This document shows positions 57,018 through 64,000 of a stretch of DNA of 64,000 nt, one piece after another. A program made the translations under genes and the position numbers. Each line of letters starts with the position of its first letter. Within the stretch, counting starts at the first letter, position 1. Source of the DNA: Terracidiphilus sp. (lineage in GTDB: Bacteria; Acidobacteriota; Terriglobia; Terriglobales; Acidobacteriaceae); assembly GCA_035935755.1 (NCBI GenBank), contig DASYWU010000048.1, positions 78,829 through 142,828 on the forward strand. The letters are read 5' to 3'. A model generated the notes under the pieces. That model searched no databases. It was not told the origin of the DNA and saw only the letters and a list, made by a program, of their open reading frames with translations.

Positions 57018-58439
57018 ATGAACCCTCTGAATGTGCTGAGCAATGACTTTGTCGTGTTTATCGGGCTGGGAGTACTGGCGCTCATCTTCGTGCTGGGCAT
57101 TCTGGCGCGCATGTATCGCAAGGCCGGTCCGCATGAAGCCTTGATCGTCTACGGTTTTCGCGGGCCCAGAGTCATCAAGGGTCACGGCACGGTGATCTTC
57201 CCCATGGTGGAAAACTGCCGCGAGCTGAGCCTTGAACTGATGAGCTTCGACGTGGCCCCGCAGCAGGACCTCTATACCAGGCAGGGCGTCGCTGTCACCG
57301 TTGAGGCGGTCGCGCAAATCAAGGTGCGCAGCGACCAGGCTTCGATTCTCACCGCCGCCGAGCAGTTCCTCACCAAGACACCGCAAGAGCGCGAGGCGCT
57401 AATCCGACTGGTGATGGAAGGCCACCTGCGCGGAATTATCGGCCAGTTGACCGTGGAGCAGATCGTCAAGGAACCGGAAATGGTCGGCGACCGCATGCGC
57501 TCTACCTGCGCCGACGACATGAGCAAGATGGGCCTCGAAGTCATTTCCTTCACCATCAAGGAAGTTCGTGACAAAAACGAGTACATCTCCAACATGGGCC
57601 GTCCCGACATCGCGCGCATCCGGCGCGATGCCGACGTGGCCACTGCTGAAGCCGAGCGCGACACCTCTATTCAGCGCGCCAATGCCAAGCGGGAAGCGGC
57701 CGTCGCGGAAGCTCAGGCTGACCAGGACCGCGTGATCGCGCAGACTGCTTCGCTCACTCGCCAGGCTGAAGCCCAGCGCGATCTTGACATCAAGAAGGCC
57801 GAATACACCGAGCTGAGCCGCCGTCAGCAGGCACAGGCCGATAAAGCCTACGAGATCCAGACCAACATCATGCAGCAGCAGGTAACTGCCGAGCAGGTGA
57901 AGGTGCAGCAGGTGGAAAAGGAAGGTCAGATCAAGGTGCAAGAGGCCGAAATCTCGCGTCACGAGAAAGAGCTGATCGCCACGGTCCTTAAAGGAGCCGA
58001 GATCGAGCGCAAGCGCATCGAGACCCTGGCCGATGCCCAGAAAACGAAGTTGACTACCGAAGCCGATGGCCAGGCCGCCGCCATTCGCCAGCAGGGCGAG
58101 GCTGAAGCCGCCATCATCTTCCAGAAAGGCGAAGCCGAAGCCAAGGCCATGCAGGTGAAAGCCGAGGCCTACCAGCAGTGGAACCAGGCTGCTGTCGTCG
58201 ATCGCCTGCTAACCAACATGGCCGATGTCGTCCGCGCCATGTCGGAACCGCTATCGAAGGTAGACAAGATCACCATCGTCTCCACTGGAGACGGCGAAGC
58301 CGCCGGCGTAAACAAGATCACCGGCGACATGACGAAGATTGCCGCGCAGGTGCCTGCATTATTCGAGGCGCTCAGCGGCATGGACATCAAGCAACTGATG
58401 ACGAGCGTGAAGGCAATTCAGCCAAAGATCGACGGCTAG
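57018..58439 (+). CDS. Flotillin (SPFH domain, FloT/YuaG-like)
   Basis: N-terminal hairpin helix, an SPFH core (ARMYRKAGPHEALIVYGFRG..) and a long E/A/Q-rich flotillin coiled coil. Confidence 0.85.
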   Translation: MNPLNVLSNDFVVFIGLGVLALIFVLGILARMYRKAGPHEALIVYGFRGPRVIKGHGTVIFPMVENCRELSLELMSFDVAPQQDLYTRQGVAVTVEAVAQIKVRSDQASILTAAEQFLTKTPQEREALIRLVMEGHLRGIIGQLTVEQIVKEPEMVGDRMRSTCADDMSKMGLEVISFTIKEVRDKNEYISNMGRPDIARIRRDADVATAEAERDTSIQRANAKREAAVAEAQADQDRVIAQTASLTRQAEAQRDLDIKKAEYTELSRRQQAQADKAYEIQTNIMQQQVTAEQVKVQQVEKEGQIKVQEAEISRHEKELIATVLKGAEIERKRIETLADAQKTKLTTEADGQAAAIRQQGEAEAAIIFQKGEAEAKAMQVKAEAYQQWNQAAVVDRLLTNMADVVRAMSEPLSKVDKITIVSTGDGEAAGVNKITGDMTKIAAQVPALFEALSGMDIKQLMTSVKAIQPKIDG

Positions 58440-58595
58440 ATTTCCGCATGTCGCGTCGTTCACTTTACTGTGCGATCCAGATTCCACATCCGGAGCCTGG
58501 ATCGCCACACTGCAATTCGCACGGTATCCGGCGCTCGAATTCCGGCGCAATGAGGCGCCCGGAGCACGAGTCCGCAGCATGGAGTAGGAGGAATT

Positions 58596-59258
58596 ATGGC
58601 ACTGCTGGAGAGAGTGAGCACTTTGCTTCGCGCCAATCTCAACGATCTGGTGGAAAAAGCGGAAGACCCGGAGAAAATGCTGAAACAGATCGTCCTCGAC
58701 ATGGAAAACCAGATCATGCAGGTGAAGACCCAGGTAGCCATCGCCGTCGCCGACGAGCATCTGCTGGCAAAAAAGCGCGCAGAACACGAAGCAGAAGCAG
58801 CCGAATGGCGGCGCAAGGCGGAACTCGCCGTCGATAAGGATCGTGACGACCTGGCGCGCGCTGCACTCGAGCGCGCCCTGAGCCATGATCAACTCGTCGC
58901 CGGCTTTTCCGCGCAGGCTGAAGACCAGAAGCACGAGGCCGACAATCTGCGCCAGGCGCTGCGCAAGCTCGAGCAAAAACTGAGCGAGACGCGCGCGCAC
59001 TGCGAAATGCTTATCGCCGAGCATCGCCGCGCCAAGGTGGTCGGACGCGCCACCAAAGCTCGGCAGGTCGTGGGCACCACTCAGGAGAGCGCGATTAGTC
59101 GCATGAAGACCAAGGTGACGGTCAAAGCCGCGGAAAATTCTGCAGCCAGCGAAATTCTGTCTCCCGAATCGCTGGAAGACAGCTTCCGCGCGCTGGAGAG
59201 CTCCGACAAAATCGAAGTGCTGTTGAACGAGCTCAAGCGTCGCCGGGCGACCAGATAA
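58596..59258 (+). CDS. pspA: PspA/IM30-family membrane-stress protein
   Basis: MALLERVSTLLRANLNDLVEKAEDPEKMLKQ is the canonical PspA N-terminus. All-helical, 220 aa. Confidence 0.9.
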   Translation: MALLERVSTLLRANLNDLVEKAEDPEKMLKQIVLDMENQIMQVKTQVAIAVADEHLLAKKRAEHEAEAAEWRRKAELAVDKDRDDLARAALERALSHDQLVAGFSAQAEDQKHEADNLRQALRKLEQKLSETRAHCEMLIAEHRRAKVVGRATKARQVVGTTQESAISRMKTKVTVKAAENSAASEILSPESLEDSFRALESSDKIEVLLNELKRRRATR

Positions 59259-59344
59259 GCGGGCCCCATCCCGAAAACCTCGTCACGGCGCTGGGAGAAC
59301 GCCAAGCCGCGTCGCGCATTCTCCGTGATGTATTGGTGAGTAAC

Positions 59345-59380
59345 GAAAAAATAGGCGCGGCATAACTCGCGTGCCGCGCC
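59345..59380 (-). terminator. Rho-independent terminator of the TonB-dependent receptor gene
   Basis: Perfect 9-bp stem GGCGCGGCA/TGCCGCGCC. On the minus strand it is followed by TATTTTTT. It lies 27 nt after the stop at 59407. Confidence 0.7.
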
Positions 59381-59406
59381 CTCGTTAGAGAAAGTGGAAG
59401 TTCAGG

Positions 59407-62400
59407 TCAGAACGATATCTTGCCGCCCAGCTCCAGCGTGCGGGCCCCAAAGTCGCTGGTAACCTGGCCAAAATTGCCATCGTGAGAGTTGGTATCCACG
59501 CCTGTCCAGCTCGGATGGTTAAAGGTGTTGAAGGACTCGAAGCGGAGTTCCAGTCGCGGCCCGTTTTCATGTGACGAAAAGGGGATCGCCTTGAACAGCG
59601 AGAGATTCCAGTTGAAGAGTCCCGGTCCCACCACGGCATCCTTGCCGGCCGTGCCGAATCCCTGGTTTGTTCCGCCTTCCCAGGGCGCCAGCGGATCGCC
59701 AAACGAACTGCCGCTGAACCAGGCCTTGGTTGTCTTCGGGTAATTCACACCCGAAGTCAGATCAGGACGGTCGCCACCGCCGGCCAGACCAGTCTTGTTC
59801 TTGCCGGTGTAGTTGATCGGGATCGGAGTTCCGCTTTGTGCCTGCGTAATCCCGGAAATCGTCCAGCCACCAACAACGGCGCGCTGGAAGAGGTTTCCTT
59901 TGTTACGGTAGAACGGGAGATTGTAAACGTAGCTGGCGTTAAAGATGTGGCGCCGGTCATAGCCCGCGTCCGAGCCCCGGTCGTACTTGAGGTTGAATGG
60001 ATCGGTTACCCCGCCCAGATCGTTCTGGTTGATATCGATCAGGTGCGACCACGTGTACGCCAACTGCGTGGTGAAACCGTGCTTGTTCTCCACGCGGACG
60101 CCGGCCTGAAGCGAGTTGTAATTGAAATTGGTCGTGTTTTCTTCCTGGCGGATCCCGGCGTATCCCGGGAAGATGCGGAACGGGTTCGGAGACTTGGCCG
60201 CGCCCGTCGCCACGGCCTGACGGTTTGTTAGATCGCTGAGTGGAAGCGTATTGATATCGCGATCGTTGTTTTGGTCCCAACCGTCTGACCCGACATACTG
60301 CACCTGCATTACCACCGAAGGTGCGAGCTGGTGCTGAATGCTGAAGCTGTAGTCTGCGGTACCAGGATGCGGATAGTAATACTCAATGTTGGTCAAGGTT
60401 GATGGGAAGTGCTGCACTGTTGTCGCGCCACTCAACGCGCTCTGGTTCGGATTCGAGAAGAACACGTTCGTGCTCTGCGGCTGGTAGGCAAACGGCGGAT
60501 TCAAGGCTGCATTGTACACGTCGTTGCCCTGAATCCGTTCGTAGAACATGCCGATGCCGGCCCTCACTACCGTCCTTCCATTTCCACTCAAGTCCCAGTC
60601 GAAGCCGAGGCGCGGCTCCCACGTCCTGTAGTAGTTCTGCACGTTTCCGCGCGGGAAGCCGTTCACGCCCGCTTCCCTCATGCCGTTGAGATAGAACTGT
60701 TCTCCGTTTGTGGCGCAGCGTTTGGTCGAGCAACTGAAGGTTGTGAGCTGAGCCGGGTCGATTGTTCCATCGGGTAATATCGGGTTGCCCAGCGAGGAGT
60801 TGTAGTCTGCCGGCACAAAGTTGGCAAACTGGTTGTATCGTTCGAATGTGTGTGGCATGGCGTCGTACCGGATTCCAAGGTTCAGGACAAGCCGCGGCGA
60901 TACATGCCAGTCGTCGTTAAAGTAGACGCCATAGTTATCGGTTACCCAATCCTTGCCGGAAAGGAACTGTAACTGTGTAAAGCTGTCGGCAAGACCCAGA
61001 AGGGCGTTGATGTATGCATCCCCAGAGAAGCTTTTGCTGCTGTCGCTGAACGACGCTTGTCCCTGCGTATCAGCCTGCAACTGCTGGTTCTTGTAAAAGT
61101 GGAACCATTCTCCGCCAAACTTGAACTGGTGATGGCCCTTGATCCAGGAAACATCGTCGCGGTATTGGAATCCCTCAAACCCGTTCTTCCAGGGATAGTA
61201 GCTTTCGCTCCAGCTCGCGCCGAACGGTGAACCATTCAGGCTGATGGCAGGCATGTCCTTGCCTGCGTTATCGGCCGGCGGGAAAAAGCTCGTCGCGTTC
61301 CATCCGCTCGGCGGCAGGATGGATGCGCCAGCGCCGGCAATCGGCGTAAGAAAGATCTTGTTGCCGTCGTAGTTGAAGGAGGTTTCGTTCAACAGGTTGG
61401 GCGAATAGGTCTGCGTCAGCTTGATCACCGCCGAAAACGATGGATTGTTCATCGTGGTGCCGACGGTAGGGTAGCTGCCGGTCCACAACGGCGGGAAGAA
61501 CGTCGGCTTCACCGCGTCATGAACATAATGGCCCATGAGCTGCAACTTGCTGTTGATGGTGTGGTCGATGCGCACCACGTCTTCGCGAACGTAGGTCGGC
61601 TGCGCGATGGAAATGATGTATTGGTTGCCGTTCAGGTTTGGGTGAGGGAAGGTGCCCGCATTGACTTCCCCTACCATGTTTTGATCTATCAGGTTGGCAG
61701 GGATCACATATTGGCCTGCGCTGTTTTTGGGAAATGCCGCGCCTGGCGTCAATCCGTCCCCGGTTTCAATCGTCGTGTAGGCCGAGTTGCTGGGAAGATT
61801 CGGCACGACAGGAGCTGTCGAGTCCTTTGGCGGCAGCGTGTAGAGCAAGTCCTTGCCCGCGGTAGGAAAGTTGGTATCCATCAGCGTGTTGTAGATGGAC
61901 GGGGCGCTGCCTTGGATCAATCTCCGCCATTCTTCGTTCACGAAAAAGAAAGTCCGCGTCTTGTCAGTGTTGTACACATGCGGGATCCACAGCGGGCCGC
62001 CGATATTACCGCCGGGCTCGTTCAGCATGAATTCCGGTCGCGCCCTTTTTGCCTGTTTATTGAAATAGTCGTTGGCGTTGTACGCCGTGTTGCGGTTGAA
62101 CTCGTACACCTCGCCGTGGAAGTTCTTGGTGCCCGACTTGATCACCATGGTGATGGTGCCGCCGGAGCCGATGCCGTAATCGGGGCTGTAGTTGCTGTCC
62201 AGCGTCCTGAACTCCGCAATCGCGTCCTGCGAAGGCAGAACCATGTAACACCCGCCGCAGCCACGGTCGTTCAGCTCGCCGCCGTCCAGCAGATAAATGT
62301 TATGCGTGGTCCTGGTCCCGTTGAAGCTGAGGCCGTTTGCCGAGGTCAGGGCGTTCACGCCGCCAAATGCGGGAAGATTGCTGGACACGCCCATGCCCAG

Positions 62401-62931
62401 AGCCGCCAGTTGCACGATATTACGGCCGTTGGTGGAAAGCTCCCGCACCTGCTGGCCGCTGATCAGCGTGCTCACTTCGCTGGTCTCTGTTTGCACCTGC
62501 AGCGCCTGGGCGGCGACGGTTACCGTCTGCGCCTGGCTACCGACGTTCAGCTTGGCATCTTCTTCCAGGTTCGACGCCACGTTCACCACGATTCCGGTCT
62601 TGGTGAATTTCGCAAACCCGGAAGCGGTCACGACCATGTCGTAAGTGCCGATACCGACGTTGGGGAACCGGTACGCCCCGACCGAGTTTGAGGTGACAGA
62701 TCTTTTCACTCCCGTCGCCGTGTTGGTCAGCTCCACCTTGGCGTTGGGAACTACGGCACCGGAGGAGTCGGTTACAGTTCCCGTAACGGTGGCGTTTTCC
62801 TGGGCCCGTGTCTGAGGACTGAATGCGACCAGCGCGGCGATTACCGCGCCAACAATTGCCAGCCGCTTCCATGGCAATGCCTTCGCACTTCCTGACAAAA
62901 TTCTGTACGTCACTTTTGCAAAGTCATTCAT
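59407..62931 (-). CDS. TonB-dependent outer membrane receptor with an N-terminal carboxypeptidase-regulatory-like domain
   Basis: I chose the start at MNDFAKV. Signal peptide. CarboxypepD_reg motif (ATVTGTVTDSSGAVVPNAKVELTN..YRFPNVGIGTYDMVVTASGF). Plug and 22-strand-barrel-sized body ending in ...GGKISF. Confidence 0.85.
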   Translation of the reverse strand: MNDFAKVTYRILSGSAKALPWKRLAIVGAVIAALVAFSPQTRAQENATVTGTVTDSSGAVVPNAKVELTNTATGVKRSVTSNSVGAYRFPNVGIGTYDMVVTASGFAKFTKTGIVVNVASNLEEDAKLNVGSQAQTVTVAAQALQVQTETSEVSTLISGQQVRELSTNGRNIVQLAALGMGVSSNLPAFGGVNALTSANGLSFNGTRTTHNIYLLDGGELNDRGCGGCYMVLPSQDAIAEFRTLDSNYSPDYGIGSGGTITMVIKSGTKNFHGEVYEFNRNTAYNANDYFNKQAKRARPEFMLNEPGGNIGGPLWIPHVYNTDKTRTFFFVNEEWRRLIQGSAPSIYNTLMDTNFPTAGKDLLYTLPPKDSTAPVVPNLPSNSAYTTIETGDGLTPGAAFPKNSAGQYVIPANLIDQNMVGEVNAGTFPHPNLNGNQYIISIAQPTYVREDVVRIDHTINSKLQLMGHYVHDAVKPTFFPPLWTGSYPTVGTTMNNPSFSAVIKLTQTYSPNLLNETSFNYDGNKIFLTPIAGAGASILPPSGWNATSFFPPADNAGKDMPAISLNGSPFGASWSESYYPWKNGFEGFQYRDDVSWIKGHHQFKFGGEWFHFYKNQQLQADTQGQASFSDSSKSFSGDAYINALLGLADSFTQLQFLSGKDWVTDNYGVYFNDDWHVSPRLVLNLGIRYDAMPHTFERYNQFANFVPADYNSSLGNPILPDGTIDPAQLTTFSCSTKRCATNGEQFYLNGMREAGVNGFPRGNVQNYYRTWEPRLGFDWDLSGNGRTVVRAGIGMFYERIQGNDVYNAALNPPFAYQPQSTNVFFSNPNQSALSGATTVQHFPSTLTNIEYYYPHPGTADYSFSIQHQLAPSVVMQVQYVGSDGWDQNNDRDINTLPLSDLTNRQAVATGAAKSPNPFRIFPGYAGIRQEENTTNFNYNSLQAGVRVENKHGFTTQLAYTWSHLIDINQNDLGGVTDPFNLKYDRGSDAGYDRRHIFNASYVYNLPFYRNKGNLFQRAVVGGWTISGITQAQSGTPIPINYTGKNKTGLAGGGDRPDLTSGVNYPKTTKAWFSGSSFGDPLAPWEGGTNQGFGTAGKDAVVGPGLFNWNLSLFKAIPFSSHENGPRLELRFESFNTFNHPSWTGVDTNSHDGNFGQVTSDFGARTLELGGKISF

Positions 62932-63365
62932 CGTCTGCCTCCAGCAAACAGGTGTGTTTGCTATGAATTCACACAGATCCCCTGTGCCTGGCTGCTGCCA
63001 GACAACGGAGCCGCGGAGTGAGAGGAATTCATTCGCAGCATTTGCGCCGGCCGGCACAAAATCCGCTCAATCCGCAACTGCAAACTTGTCGTACTGGGTC
63101 TTTGTTGCCTGCTGGAAAGTCATCTTGCTTTCGCGCTTTCCATGCCACTTACGCTATCTCTAACGAGGACTCAAATGCCCGCGCATTACGTGCCTGGCGC
63201 TGCAATTTCAAGTCAGCGAATCCGGCTGAATCACAGGACCGGGGAAGTAACCGCTTTCTCAGCCGCCTCAAATTTTTACTCTTTTAACATATTCGTTGTC
63301 AAGTCCAACAAAGTTTTTTTGTGAAAGAGGTTCTTTCCGCGCCGAAAGCGAAGATGACGCGGAGG

Positions 63366-63422
63366 TAATAAAACGGTTTTCTCTCAACGCCTTGCCCGTC
63401 TCGACGAATGCGAGAAACCGTT
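63366..63422 (-). terminator. Possible terminator downstream of dnaN (long stem-loop followed by a T-rich tail)
   Basis: Arms AACGGTTTTCTC (63372-63383) and GAGAAACCGTT (63412-63422), with an inner TCTCG/CGAGA stem. On the minus strand it is followed by TTATTAC. Confidence 0.3.
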
Positions 63423-63693
63423 CCCGTACAGTGCGCAATATCCCAAATCGCTCAACTTAGCGCCTCTCCACCGTAAGTTCGAGGAAAAGCTCAGGAAACG
63501 TTTACGCAATTATGTCGATTATCGCCCCCAAAAAGCGGAGAACAGCGCGTGAAACCCGGCGCCGGGCTGACGGTTTCTCCCTTGCCGATTGATGCAGCGG
63601 GTTGGGCCGTAAGCGAGCTGCTGCAACCGCCCAGCTTGCGCCAGTTCTTGAGCTAGTAGAGATAAGGAACGGGAGACCCGGCCCAGGATCATT

Positions 63694-64000
63694 TCAGATG
63701 CGCATCGGCATCAGCACGTAACGGTAGCGGTACTCCGCCTCCGGATCCTCCGGCCGCATCTGCCCCGCAGATTGCGAGTCCTTGAATTCCAGCCGCACTT
63801 CGCCCTCGTTATCCAGCGCCTTCAGAAAGTCAAGGATGTAAACCGAGTTGAAGCCGACGGTAATGGGATCACCTGAATAGGGAGTATCGATCGTGTCTTC
63901 GCTCTCGCCGGATTCGGTCGAGTTGGCGCTGACCTTCAGCTCGTTGCTCTCCAGGCGCATCCGGATCGCCCCCGATCGCTCATCGGCAAATTGCGCCACG
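63694..64000 (-). CDS. dnaN: DNA polymerase III beta sliding clamp DnaN, C-terminal part (5' end outside the window)
   Basis: The ORF is open to the window edge. Domain III sequence (GFNSVYILDFLKAL..) and the canonical C-terminus ...YVLMPMRI. Confidence 0.9.
   Translation of the reverse strand, partial: VAQFADERSGAIRMRLESNELKVSANSTESGESEDTIDTPYSGDPITVGFNSVYILDFLKALDNEGEVRLEFKDSQSAGQMRPEDPEAEYRYRYVLMPMRI

Noticed and set aside
58499-58515. Sigma54-like motif TGGATCGCCACACTGCA upstream of pspA
   Set aside because: The GG-to-GC spacing is one nucleotide too long (N11 instead of N10), and sigma54 promoters rarely tolerate this.
61519-62691. 390-aa plus-strand ORF
   Set aside because: Antisense to the TonB-dependent receptor gene. 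No motifs.
62985-63000. Sigma54-like motif TGGCAGCAGCCAGGCA (minus strand) upstream of the TonB receptor
   Set aside because: The spacing is correct, but the -12 element is AGGCA rather than TTGCA. Such matches are expected by chance in GC-rich DNA, so I did not list it as a feature.
62932-63300. Cobalamin or other riboswitch in the TonB-receptor leader
   Set aside because: I could not find a B12 box or any other signature I recognise. It is kept only as an unassigned long leader.

Overview
High-GC bacterial chromosomal window. Hand counts on single 60-nt lines give about 67% GC in core genes and about 53% in the accessory block. Gene content suggests Acidobacteriota, which is an inference from the CarboxypepD_reg-type TonB receptor, lpxI, and twin skp plus bamA. 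I support about 60 CDS. I found no rRNA, tRNA, CRISPR array, integrase or transposase. Core blocks, in order: (1) radical-SAM/SDR genes and fabZ-lpxA-lpxI; (2) an H1-like Lys/Ala-rich protein, a LysM lytic transglycosylase and lepA; (3) skp-skp, a membrane protein and bamA; (4) gpx; (5) rlmB coupled to an M1-like protein; (6) ECF sigma/anti-sigma and a LytTR regulator; (7) accD, an L,D-transpeptidase and an SPFH protein; (8) a four-gene sensor operon (secreted protein, SBP-like protein, histidine kinase, sigma54 activator); (9) HTH-nfeD-flotillin-pspA; (10) a TonB-dependent receptor; (11) the 3' end of dnaN. Accessory material: three consecutive vapBC-type toxin-antitoxin modules (17.5-19.7 kb) and an RND efflux operon (20.0-26.2 kb). 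The 3' end of the RND outer-membrane-factor gene is present three times (26.05, 27.08 and 28.9 kb), and the copies bracket two small cassettes. One cassette is a vapBC pair whose toxin carries a nonsense codon; the other is an FG-GAP repeat protein. A lower-GC minus-strand block at 29.1-38.1 kb follows. It encodes a FecR-domain protein, a small Cys-containing secreted protein, six tandem secreted paralogs and a coiled-coil protein. The six paralogs share a conserved helical N-module but have C-terminal regions I cannot align to each other. This block is my best candidate for an undescribed system. An approximately 0.9-kb AT-richer non-coding gap (38.15-39.04 kb) then follows, containing two inverted arrays of 7-bp GAAC repeats. 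All functional calls rest on motif recognition by eye, and no database search was run.
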